Made by a program: the position numbers and the translations under genes. The notes below the pieces were generated by a model. The model searched no databases and was not told where the DNA came from. It saw only the letters and a program-made list of their open reading frames with translations. DNA of 64,000 bases from Octopus vulgaris. Taxonomy: Eukaryota. The DNA lies in assembly GCA_951406725.2 (NCBI GenBank), contig OX597838.1, positions 5,084,001 through 5,148,000 of the forward strand, read 5' to 3'. Positions 28,280 through 40,778 of this stretch are shown here, piece after piece. The first letter of the stretch is position 1. The number at the start of each line of letters is the position of its first letter.

Positions 28280-29939
28280 TACATACATACATACAACATA
28301 TATATATATATATATATTTTATATATATGCATAAATACATATATATATATAATGGAAATAATTCATTTTTGAAATTGGATCTCGAAGTACATAAACGTTA
28401 TAAACAACAGCACCGAAATATTGAATCAAAAAACGTACCCGGATCTACGAGTGTGTGCGTGCGCGCGGGCGTGGTGTATTGAGAAATAGATTGCCAGTTA
28501 GATCGATATAGAGATTCCTAGAGAGGTTCTCTATCGTCTGCTAATTTTCTCGCGGTTTATCTTCTCTGGATGTCTTGCTGACTTCTTTTGTTCACCACCT
28601 GTAATAAATCCTCATAATCTAGCCGTTTTACGAGAAGGCAGATAATCTCTACGTTTCTTTCAGCTGACTTCTCTTTTCTCTCCTGCACCATTTCCTTATA
28701 AGTTATCTCTCTCATCTCCGCCATTTTCTTGCTCTTACTTATTCCATTTTCCCTTATTTTCACCATGTTTTCCATTTCTTTGTTACGCTATTTCTCCTGA
28801 TTTTATTTTAACTCCTACCTGGTTTTCTATTCTCAGACTTCGCGTTATTTTGTAATTCTTTATCACTATTCTTTCTTTCCTTCTGATTTCTGTATTTTTT
28901 TTCAAATCCTTTTTTATATATTTCTTTTGTGTAAGCATACATTTCTTTTATTTTTACCGTTTAACCAAAAAGAGGTCACACACCTATTAAGAATACCTGC
29001 TTGTTGGGAAAAGTTGGTGGATGTTTAATCCTGCAAATGTATTCGGGTACAGCTCCGCTCATCTCCCCTTTAGTCCGTGTAACACACAACCGAGTTTAAA
29101 ATTGACACTAATTTAATGGCTACTTTTGTCACAAGTTATTCACCTGCAAGGTCTTGGGTAATTTCTGAGATTAGGTATTCCTTTAGCTACTTATATTTAA
29201 CACGTATTAAATCACCTTTAACATTCGTTGATTCTAAACTTTCAACTCTACTTAATATACTTTTGAACAAATATCCGTGGAATTCTCAAGCAAATTTTAG
29301 CGGGATCAGTTGAAAAGAACGTACGCTGCTTCCCCCAGAATCTTTCTTTAGATTTCCGGAGTTCACCATATGGATATCAAGGAAGTTTTTTTTGGTCGAT
29401 TCTCATGATTATATTACGCGGTTACAATTATGTTTTCTTTAATTTCATTTTAGGAACAACATGAATGTAAATGTTAAGGTAACGGAGTGGGGTTTATAAC
29501 ATAACAAAATGTGACTTTGGATCGACTTTTCGATTTTGTTGAAGGCCTGGGCTGGACATTCACATTTGTCATAGACACAAACGATAAGGTGTGTGTAAGG
29601 CAACAAATATTGTCACCTTCACTTACAAACGGTTTACCTTTAATTAGCGAAATAATTCATTTCAGTTATGCGATCAAGTCTGTAGTGGTAGAATTTCATG
29701 GACTGAAGACAATATCCAACGTAAAATAACCATCAATAATACTCATTCCATTGGAATAGGTCCTCACCTTTTTTGCGGAGCCTGAGAAAAATCCAGCTTA
29801 GTGATACTTCAACGAATATCCCTAGTTTCCACAGGCCCAGTCTGGCAGCTGGCTGTGTGTCTTGTGCACCATTTGAGGTTTCCCGACTACATTATATCAA
29901 AACACTCCTCCTTGACTTATTGATCTCAAATGCTACCAA

Positions 29940-30935
29940 ACTGACTATCACATGGGAACTGACTCTGCTTTCAAAGCACAAACGGAGAAGTCTCATGAGT
30001 AGATGCTTGCAAAATAGCCGGGAAGTGGTACAGTCGCGAAACGAACAGGATTGGGCAGCTATGTAAACAACAAACTGAAACCATCAATCATGTTGTCTCT
30101 GTGTGCAGCCTATTTGCGTCCTCAGAATATCTCAACAAGCACGATGGAGCAGCACAGTATTAGCTGAGTAATTTACAAGGATTTGGACTTGCCCCATGAT
30201 AGAAAAAAAAATCTGTCGGGAAAACGAACCACCATCATATCTCATTCGTATGGAATTTCTCTTTCAAACTGACAGAAAGATAGACGCAAATAGGTCAGAC
30301 TTGCTATCGAATGATTTCAGAAAAAACTCACCTCACGCGTCTTGTGTCTCGATCTACAGAAATGTATCTGTCACGACCAGCCAAAAACTGAGCAAGTTTA
30401 AACATCTTGAAATAGAAATTGGCAAAATGTGGTAACACCAATACTAGAGCAAAACCTGTTTTTGTTTTCATTGATAACTTAGGAATGATTTCAAAAAGGA
30501 TTGATTGTTGTTTGTTTGAGATTCTAGGAAATCCATAAATGCAAAAAAAAATTCAAGTAGATAATGCTCCCAGGAACAGCACACACAAAACATACACTCA
30601 GTGTAATTCCGAAAACATTTTCATCTGTAAAAGGTAAAACTACTTTTAAATGTACCTAATAGCAAAAAGCTTTTACTGTCATCTTCAGATCACACTAGCA
30701 TTTTATCACCAAACTACTTTTAAAACTAACATATATCTTACTGATTTATTAGTATATGTTTTTTTCTTTTTGGTTTTTGACAGGCATTGCCTTCAAGAAT
30801 TCTTTGTAAAAAATCCAAAAACATGGCAATTATCAACCACCTAAGTCATAATACCGACTTGAACTTCTAACTTGTTTCTTGCGGGTCTCTGGATGAGACA
30901 TAGAATCAACTTGAATAAATACAAGCGAAATCCAA
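29940..30935 (+). mobile_element. Old R4/Dong-like non-LTR retrotransposon 3' fragment (restriction-like endonuclease region plus 3' UTR)
   Basis: FQTDRKIDANRSDL...NVSVTTSQKLSKFKHLEIEIGKMW. The 3' end gtctctggatgagacatagaatcaacttg matches the copy at 53452-53893 and is followed by (TAA)n. Confidence 0.8.
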
Positions 30936-30969
30936 TGATGACGATCATGATGATGGTAGTAATAATAAC

Positions 30970-31064
<95 letters not shown>

Positions 31065-31110
31065 TAAAAAAATAACAATAATAATAATGATGATGATGAT
31101 GATGATGATG

Positions 31111-31159
<49 letters not shown>

Positions 31160-31223
31160 TAATAATAATATTAATAATAATGATAAAAAAATAACAATAA
31201 TAATAATGATGATGATGATGATG

Positions 31224-31284
<61 letters not shown>

Positions 31285-31389
31285 AAATATTAATAGTAAT
31301 AATAACAGTATTAATAATAACGATAATTAGTTGAACTTCAATCGGCCATTACCTTTTCTTTTCAACATAGTTATCATCATCAACATCAA

Positions 31390-31421
<32 letters not shown>

Positions 31422-31819
31422 CCATCGTTGTTGTCTTCGTCGTTGTCGTTATCTTCGTCATGATCATGATGATGATCATTACCATCATTACCATCACCAT
31501 CATTATCCTTCTCCTCCTCTTCTTCCACCTCTTCATCATCAACGTCACCCTCATCTTCATCATCAGTTGCAGCAGCAGCAACAGCTGCTACGGCAGCAGC
31601 ATCCTTCATCATAACAGTATTATTTCTAGTGTGAATCATTAAACTCTTTAAAGAGCGTCGCTGAATCAGCATCCAAATAAGTGATGAGCATCTGTCAACA
31701 TTTATGTCCCTTTCAGCATAATTTTTCCTGAAAATTGCACTTCATCAAAATCCAATTATAGAAAATATTATGACAAGCCGACCAGGATTTAATAGGATGT
31801 TCATCATCCTCATCCACAC

Positions 31820-31897
<78 letters not shown>

Positions 31898-32124
31898 AAT
31901 TATCATCGTCGTCGTCGTCACCACCGCCGTCGTCGTCGTCGTCGTTGTCATCGTCCTCATCAACTTCATTATCATGATCATGATTATGATCATGATCATA
32001 ATAACCGTCGTCAGCGTCATGATGACCAATATGATCATCATCTTCGTCGACATCATTGCCGATTCCATTATCTTCATCAAAACATCATCATCGTCATCAT
32101 TATCGTCATCATCATCATCATCAA

Positions 32125-32157
<33 letters not shown>

Positions 32158-32192
32158 TATCATCATCATTATGATCATCATTATCATCGCCG

Positions 32193-32226
<34 letters not shown>

Positions 32227-32241
32227 AATCATCATCATCAT

Positions 32242-32283
<42 letters not shown>

Positions 32284-32297
32284 TATCATCGCCGTCG

Positions 32298-32343
<46 letters not shown>

Positions 32344-32560
32344 TATCATCGCTGTCGTCATCATCCTCATCATCATCATCATCCTCATCCTCATCATCAT
32401 CATCATCATTAACATCAACATCAACATTATCGTCTTCGTCCACGTCGTTGCCGATTCCATCACCTTCATCAAAATACCCTTCCTTCTCCTCCTCCTCCTC
32501 CTCATCATCATCATCGTCATCGTCATCGTCGTCGTCGTCATTTTCCGTTTCTGTCATCAT
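30935..32560. repeat. Compound (TAA)n/(TGA)n/(CAT)n/(CGT)n triplet region with internal duplications
   Basis: Directly visible. atgataaaaaaataacaataataataatgatg occurs at about 31061 and 31180, and tcttcgtc.ac.tc.ttgccgattccat at about 32041 and 32433. Confidence 0.95.
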
Positions 32561-33322
32561 CGACGTTTTTTTTTTTTTTTTTTATAAACTCCATTATCGA
32601 AATCGTTTTGCGTCTTGAGGCATTTCTCTCTTGTCATACCCTAAAAGCTGCACGCAAATCGTAAGTCTTATTAAGTGGAGAAAGAAATGGAAAAAATTGA
32701 AGAATTTGATGCGTTTGTTAAGATTTCAACTGCGAAAATGGATGAGAAATCGAAAGCAGGTTTGCCAGCTCGAATTGCCAATGGCTCATATTTTGGTTTT
32801 CGCTCTTCTTATAGTTTCATCTTACTCTCCGTTCGTTGATTCTTATAATTGGTTGTTTCTTTCGTCCAGGCAACAGATTTTGTATTGCTTATCGTGGAAT
32901 AAAGTGGTGGTGTTATTTCTGCCATTTGTTTTCCAGTTGCTTTGCCACAAGTATGCCCTCAGAAAAAAAAAAAACAATACCTAATAACAAAGTTATTCCA
33001 ACCGTAATCATACGGCCACCATTTTAAAACTTTGAAAATGCATCTAGGCGCTGGCGTGGGAGCGGGGCAAGCAGTTGGTTTCTCAACCACATGGATCCGA
33101 TCTCAATCCCATAGCATGGCACCTTGGGCAACGATGTCTTGTTATAGCTATGTTCTCAAAATAAAATTCTTCAGATTGAAATTGGTACAGGGGAAATGTC
33201 ACACCTAGGAAATGAAAAACCAATTCTTATAGTTAAATTAAATGAGAAGGAACGAGAATAAAACACGACACACAACACAATGTCAAATCCAAGGTAGAAG
33301 AATTTATATGTATATGCGTATG

Positions 33323-33390
<68 letters not shown>

Positions 33391-33395
<5 letters not shown>

Positions 33396-33594
33396 CGCCA
33401 TGATAGATCGCTAGCTCCTACACGCATTTTTTTCTCTCCTTGATTTTTTTCTGTGTATCATTCTGTCGAAGAGCGTAGGCTCAAAACGTAAAAGAATTGT
33501 TCTATTTCTATTCTTGAGCGCCATACTAATACATTTGTTTGTTTGTACTCCACCTACCTTCGTCTTTTGTTTATTTTCGTAAACCTTCCCGTTA
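33391..33594 (+). mobile_element. Family H2 cassette (hammerhead variant at 33458-33495, G12 mutated) between (TA)n and (CA)n
   Basis: Homologous to 5560-5760. Motif CTGTCGA-A-GAGC-GTAG-GCTC-AAA-ACGT-A-aaaga. Confidence 0.75.
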
Positions 33595-33606
33595 CACACA
33601 CACACT

Positions 33607-33645
<39 letters not shown>

Positions 33646-33655
33646 GTATGTATGA

Positions 33656-33694
<39 letters not shown>

Positions 33695-34044
33695 CATATA
33701 CACATATAAATATACATACATACATGTATATCTATATGTGTGTGTGTGTGCATGCGTTGTGTGTGTGTGTTTGTGTGTGTGTAAAACTTTGTTTCTGTTG
33801 TTCACCACTACCACTTTTGGTATGTTTACGTCCCTGTGACATAGTGGTTCGGCAAATTAGATCCATTAGAATAAGTATAACATTAGAAAAAAGAACAGTT
33901 CTACTGCCGATATGTATCATTAAATATTTTCAGTTTTGTACTCCAGCATGACCACAGTCCAATGATTGAAGCAAGTAAAGGATAAATAAGGGAAAGAATG
34001 ACGTTATTTTCCATGAAATATTTGCAATTGGACACGTGTAAATA

Positions 34045-35085
34045 TTGCTTCCAAAATTTTGCACAAGGCCAGCAATTTCAGGGCAGTGGGTAAGTCAATC
34101 ACACCAACCCCTGTACTCAACTGGTACTGAATTTCTTCGACCCCGAAAGGATAAAATGCAAAGACGACGTCAGCTGAATTTGAACTCAGAACTTAAAGAC
34201 GGACAAAATGACGCTAAGCATTTTGCCCAGCGTGCTAACGTTTCTGCTAAATCAACGTCTTTAATTTCTTAACTACTAGTTTCAAATTTTAGCGCCAGCT
34301 CAGCGGTTTCGGGTGGCGAATTAGTCAATTACATTGACCCCAGTAGTGAACGGGTGTTTATTTCATAGACCCCTAAATGGATGAAAGGGAAAATCGACTT
34401 AGAATAATTCAAACTCAAGATTTAAAGACGGACGAAATACCACTGAACATTTTGACCGGCTTGCAAACGATTCTGCTAGGTTGCCGCCTTAGGAGGAGGA
34501 CTTTAACTTTTCCTTTCTAATGTAGGCACAAGGCCTGACACTTTTGGAGAAGGAACAAGTCTATTACATCGATCCCAGTACTCAATGGGTACTTAATTTA
34601 CCGACCCCGAAAGGATGAAAGGCAAATTCGACGTCGGCGGAATTTGAACTCAGAACGCAGCAGCAGACGAAATACCTATTTCTTTACTACCCACAAGGGG
34701 CTAAACACAGAGAGAACAAACAAGGACAGACAAACGGATTAAGTCGATTATATCGACCTCATTGCGTAACTGGTACTTATTTAATCGACTCCGAAAGGAT
34801 GAAAGGCAAAGTCGATCTCGGCGGAATTTAAACTCAGAACATAACGGTAGACGAAATACCTATTTCTTTACTACCCACAAGGGGCTAAACGCAGAGAGGA
34901 CAAACAAGGACAGACAAACGGATTAAGTCGATTATATCGACCCCAGTGCGTAACTGGTACTTATTTAATCGACCCTGAAAGGATGAAAGGCAAAGTCGAC
35001 CTCGGCGGAATTTGAAACCCAGAACGTAGCGGCAGACGAAATACCGCTAAGAATTACGCCCGGATTCTGCCAGCTCACCGCATTA
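34045..35085 (-). mobile_element. SINE A cluster: two old copies (about 34045-34492) and a nested trimer (about 34510-35085)
   Basis: agacgaaatacc recurs at 34665, 34849 and 35034 (184/185-bp spacing). Confidence 0.9.
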
Positions 35086-35616
35086 GGAGAACTTTAAATA
35101 TTGACCGTGGTTTTAGCTACTATTTCCAGCAGCTCAAATGGCTGCACAGTACCCTGCTGTCGTTGGCACACTAACTAGTTTGTAATCGGAAGTTAAACCA
35201 TGTTATAAAGGGTGTAATGCCATGTTTTATAAATGAGACGTTTAATGACTGTCATTAACGCTGTGAGGGAATGAGTTTGAGGAAATCGTTGGCAGATAAC
35301 AGAACTTCAATGCTGGGAAGTTTTTTGTCTCTGATTCAGCCTTTTCAACGAATGACATGACTAAAGAAATATATTAATGAGAATATTAAAAAAAAATACG
35401 ATTTTATTCACGCTTGCTGTTGAAATACACATTACAGACGATCTTCTAAAACAGATTTCCCATTGAAGGTCGCGTCGTGTATTATCCTCATCCATTCTCT
35501 CAACAGTTAGATTCCCTCTACTAGATTTTGACAAACGTTCGCATTTTTGGTCGTTCTTAGTGAGAGAAGCAGCACTGTTTTTGAATAGTATTCTCTATAC
35601 GTCACTTTACATGAAA

Positions 35617-36553
35617 GTACTGTAGAAAGCCAAAAGACCGCGGTATTCCTCATGTGAAAGTTTCTCTTGTAGACGCACAATGTTTAAAAACACATAAATA
35701 CATAAGTAGCAGAAGAAAGGCGTTCAGGAATGTAGCACAGAACATAATCCTCATGAAGGGGATTATCGAATTAAGGGAAATGTTATAGAGAAGCACAGAT
35801 GTACTGTAGAAAGCCAGAAGACTGCAGCATTCGTCTTGTGAAAGTTTATCTTGTAGACGTACAATGTTTTAAAACACATAAATACATAAGTAGCAGAAGA
35901 AAGGCGTTCAGCAATGTAGCACAGAACATAACCCTCATGAAGGGGATTATCGAATTAAGGGAAATGTTATAGAGAAGCACAGATGTACTGTAGAAAGCCA
36001 GAAGACTGCAGCATTCGTCTTGTGAAAGTTTATCTTGTAGACGTACAATGTTTTAAAACACATAAATACGTAAGTAGCAGAAGAAAGGCGTTCAGCAAAG
36101 TATCACAGAACATAATCCTCATGAAGGGGATTATCGAATTAAGGGAAATGTTATAGAGAAGCACAGATGTACTGTAGAAAGCCAGAAGACTCCGGCATTC
36201 GTCTTGTGAAAGTTTCTCTTATAGACGTACAATGTTTTAAAACACATAAATACATAAGTAGCAGAAGAAAGGCGTTCAGCAATGTAGCACAGAACATAAT
36301 CCTCATGAAGGGGATTATCGAATTAAGGGAAATGTTATAGAGAAGCACAGATGTACTGTAGAAAGCCAGAAGACTGCGGCATTCGTCTTGTGAAAGTTTC
36401 TCTTATAGACGTACAATGTTTAAAAACACATAAATACATCGGTAGCAGACGAAAGGCGTTTAGAAATGTAGCACAGAATATAACTATAAGTAGTGACACA
36501 AATTTACTCATGAAAGGGATTATCGAATTAAGGGAAATGTTATAGGGAAGCAC
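35617..36553. repeat. Tandem array, 5 x ~184 bp
   Basis: gtactgtagaaagcc starts at 35617, 35801, 35985, 36169 and 36353. The last unit carries about 21 extra bp. Confidence 0.97.
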
Positions 36554-36950
36554 AAGTCGAAATCGATGAGTAATTGATCAAAATTACAGGACCGTCGTTC
36601 CCAAAGACCGTGTCTGCTGTATTAAATTCATTTTCAATTCACCGGATAGAAAGCCGACGAAGCCGACTTAGTGTTTCGCTCTTTCTAGATTAGTAAAATA
36701 ACTGTCATGTACAAAGATGTAATATAATATATTATTGCCTCCATATAGTAGATTATTGCCTCCAAATTATTGGCGTTTCTGTAATTTTTGGAAAATTACA
36801 TTTTCAGAACATATCTGATCTTTGTATCGCTGGTCTTGTGTTTCAGACAGTAACTTTGAAATTCAAGAAGAAACAAACATATGTAACTTGTATATATATA
36901 TACATGTGTGTGTGTGCGTGTGTGTGTGTCTAACTATCTCTTTCTCTGTG

Positions 36951-37001
<51 letters not shown>

Positions 37002-37391
37002 ATATATATGTATATATATATATATATGCGTATATATGCACTGTATCTGACAGATGTATGTACACACCTAAAAATTCCCGTAAATTTGTCATTACTCCAA
37101 TATCGAACGAAATCAAAAGTAATTTATACTGAATAAAATATATTATACATAATATTTAATACATATATACATAAAGTATAACATCGAAAATACAATACAC
37201 CAAAATAGGTCAGCAAGGTGCAATGGGGACAAACGCACACAAACACACTTGCGTAAGGTAACACACGGTGGTAATGAACCCGAAGCCACATGGTTAGGAA
37301 GTAAACTTCTCACCAAGCAGTCATACCTGCACCTCTATATATCTCTCTGTATTTTCCTCTCCTGTCTCTCTCTCTCTCTTTCTCTTTCTCT

Positions 37392-37430
<39 letters not shown>

Positions 37431-37613
37431 TAGATAAATGGTACAACAAGGCACCAATACTTACTGGAAAATAGCAATTGATATAAATACGACGCTATTG
37501 TATAGCTTCACTGCGTATATACTAGCAAAGACACGTGTGTTCAGCAAACATGTAAAACAATTTGTCTTACCTCTAGGAAGAATATTAGATAAATTGACAA
37601 CCTAGAATCAGAT

Positions 37614-37686
37614 AATGCAGGACCGGTTTCTAACTCTTCAAATACGTTTGACAACGTAAATTTGATTAGTCTTCATCAGCTGCATT
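37614..37686 (-). ncRNA. Type-I hammerhead ribozyme with palindromic stem III (Penelope/retrozyme type)
   Basis: Minus strand: AAUGCAG-CUGAUGA-agacuaaucaaauuuacguugucaaacguauuugaagaguua-GAA-ACCGGU-C-CUGCAUU. Perfect 7-bp stem I, intact core, long stem II, GUC cleavage triplet. Confidence 0.82.
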
Positions 37687-38346
37687 TACCTAAACAAAAT
37701 TTATATATAAAATGCACTCAAACCAGCTTTGGTCAGCCTGAGGTTATACTTGAAAACACTTAGCCTAGGTGCCATGCAGTAGGACTGGACGGGGAACCAT
37801 CTTCTTACCACACAGCCACTTCTGCGCCCATGACGTAGAGAAAACATTCTTGAATTATAATTTTACTTTTCACGAAGCAAAAATAACCATGGAATATATT
37901 GTAAAAGACGATATATAGTTAATATACAATACAAAGAAATACTGCGATAAGAACCATTTGAAATTCTACAGCTTACCATGAAACCTTTCACCGCTAGTAT
38001 TTGAGTTGCGAAAACTAGAGTTGGAATACTTGTTATCAAACGTATATAACGTAATGGATGTATTTGTCTGGTATTTTATTAATTGCTTCCGAAACAGAAT
38101 CAAAATGGGTCTACTTGTTTGGTATTTTATTATCTCTTTCTGAAATAGTGTTTCATATAGAATTTTCTCTTCACGTTTCTATAATTTCCTTCCTTTCCAA
38201 GATTTTGCTACAGTAATCGAAAGTAATGTTGTGTGGATTGCAATATAATGATTATTGATGAGAGTATATATATACATACATATATGCATATATAAACATA
38301 TATATCTACCTATATATATATACATATATATATATATACATATATG

Positions 38347-38378
<32 letters not shown>

Positions 38379-39142
38379 CATGTATATATAAATAGAGATA
38401 TTGTGCAATATATATACATACATACATACATGCATACATACATACATACATACATACACACGCGCATATATTGTACAATGTATGATACTTTTCAGGATTT
38501 AAAAGATTTAGGTATTTAAATAGTGAAAGCATCAATGTAGAGACAGGTATAACATACTTCTGTACCGACAATATACACTGGATATACGGATGTTTCCTTC
38601 CAGTTTTGCAGACATTCTGACTGAATACACGTATCAGCCAAGCCACCCAGGGCTACATTCACTGACAGCATTCCACTGTCGACTAAAGACAGCAGATCCA
38701 AATGTATAGAAAGTTCCGATTTATGTGAAAAATAAAATATGTCACAGATGTGTTACTGTTCTCTACAGTTGTTTCAGACGTGTTGTTTATTGATGAACAA
38801 AAGTGTTGCATCGTAGGAAAAAAAACCCCTTTTCATCAGGTGAATGGAGTTAAACATTAACAATAAAAACGCCTTACAAAACAGAGCATAGTGTCAGATG
38901 ACTAATCCGAACTAGTTTAAGCCACTCAGTCTCCTGCCGAAATAAGATCGGTTGAGTTATCTGGCACTATGGTCTGTGTTGTGAGGTGATCTAACTGTTA
39001 ATTCTGAATTGAATTCACTAGATGAAATCGTGTTTTTTTTTAATAGTGTAACAGTTTTTTTCATCTATGAAGAACACGTCTGAATCAGCTGGAGTGAATT
39101 ACAATCTACCTGTATTATTAAAAAAAGGAAACAGAAAGAAAG

Positions 39143-39600
39143 AAGGCGACAAGGTGGTAGAATCGGTGGCGTGCCGCACGAAATGCTTAGCGGTATTTCA
39201 CCCGTCGCTGCGTTCTGAGTTCAAATTCCGCCGAGGTCGACTTTGCCTTTCATCATGGTGGCGATCTGGCAGAAGGTGGCGAGCTGGCAGAAACGTTAGC
39301 ACGTCGGGCGAAATGCTTTGCGGTATTTCGTCCGCCGCTGCGTTCTGAGTTCAAATTCCGCCGACGTCGACTTTGCCTTTCATCCTTTCGGGGTCAATAA
39401 ATTAAGTACCAGTTACGCACTGGGGTCGATGTAATCGACTTAATACCTTTGTCTGTCATTGTTTGTCCCCTCTGTGTTTAGCCCCTTGTGGGTAGTAAAG
39501 AAATAGGTATTTCACCCGTCGCTACATTTACAGTTCAAATTCCGTCGAGGTCGACTTCAGCTTTTTCATTTCGGGGTCGATAAAATAGGTTCCAGTTGAA
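39143..39600 (+). mobile_element. Nested SINE A (young copy inside an older one)
   Basis: The variant ggtatttcacccgtcgct occurs at about 39192 and again at 39506, right after the young tail gtaaagaaata. A stuttered head ggtggcgatctggcagaa-ggtggcgagctggcagaa lies at about 39257. Confidence 0.88.
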
Positions 39601-39674
39601 CCTATAGTGCCAGATCTTGTGATCGTGAGTGCAACACCCTAAAACAGTAGGCCATATGATTTCGCATGATATAA

Positions 39675-39890
39675 TACTTTTTACTACAGGCACAAGGCTT
39701 AAAATTTGAGGATGTGGATGAGGTGTTTTTGACTTCATTCACCCCAGTACTTGACTGGTGTATTCTATCGACGTTGAAAACATGGCAGACGAAATAGACC
39801 TCGCCGGACTTTGAACTCAGAACGTAAAGCCAGAAGAAATAGGGAGAAGCATTTTGTCTGACTTGCTAAAATGCTGTCAGCTCATTGTCT
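39675..39890 (-). mobile_element. Old SINE A copy
   Basis: aggcacaaggc..aaaattt...accccagtacttgactggt...tttgaactcagaacgtaaag. Confidence 0.8.
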
Positions 39891-40487
39891 GAACCCGAAG
39901 AAAATATGAACCTTCGTAGCTGAAAATTTAAAGAAACTCTTTTATGAAACATTCAGTTGGTCGTGCGCATTGGTTCACTGCAATGTGTATGTGGAGTCAC
40001 TGATTCTGAAATGCATGTATAAGGAATTCTTGACCTTGTTATGTATACTGGGGTGATATATACGTGATATGTTTTATTTCTATATTCATTCCGAAGTATG
40101 AGGTGATGTTTCGGTCTGAATACGTATGTGTGATTGAATGCATGAATAAATGTATGGAGGTATGTATATATTTATGTCGCGTTTGTGTGTATACGTATCT
40201 CGTCTTTTAGACGCAAGAATCGTTGGAGCGTAAGAAAAATATAAAAAAAAAACAACTGTCCCTTTTGTATTTAGTTATGTCCCTTGACGTCTGAATTTAT
40301 AATCCTACCACGCCACTTTGCCATTCCTTCACTGCGTTCAATGAATCTTATAAGAGAACAAATTAACAAGATCGATATGAATCAGCTGGGCCCATAAAAT
40401 CGATACTACAGTATGGCCGCCTTTCAAAGATTAAAACTAGTTACAAATATAGAAGTTTATATGTATGCATGTATGTATATATGTATG

Positions 40488-40521
<34 letters not shown>

Positions 40522-40595
40522 TGTATGTATGCATGCATGCATGTATGTATGTATGTATGTATGTATGTAAGTATGTATGTATGTATGTATGTATG

Positions 40596-40631
<36 letters not shown>

Positions 40632-40720
40632 CATACATACATACATGCACACGCACACTCACACAAACACATTCATGACAAACGCTCACACAAACACACA
40701 CACGCACATATATGCATGTA

Positions 40721-40778
<58 letters not shown>

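Noticed and set aside
31745-32560. 271-aa acidic poly-Asp/Met ORF and overlapping poly-His ORF
   Set aside because: Translation of (CAT/GAT)n repeats with no unique domain.
35617-36553. Tandem array as a CRISPR array, coding repeat or bona fide retrozyme
   Set aside because: There are no unique spacers and the context is eukaryotic. The period is not a multiple of 3 and every unit has stops. The hammerhead core match is incomplete.
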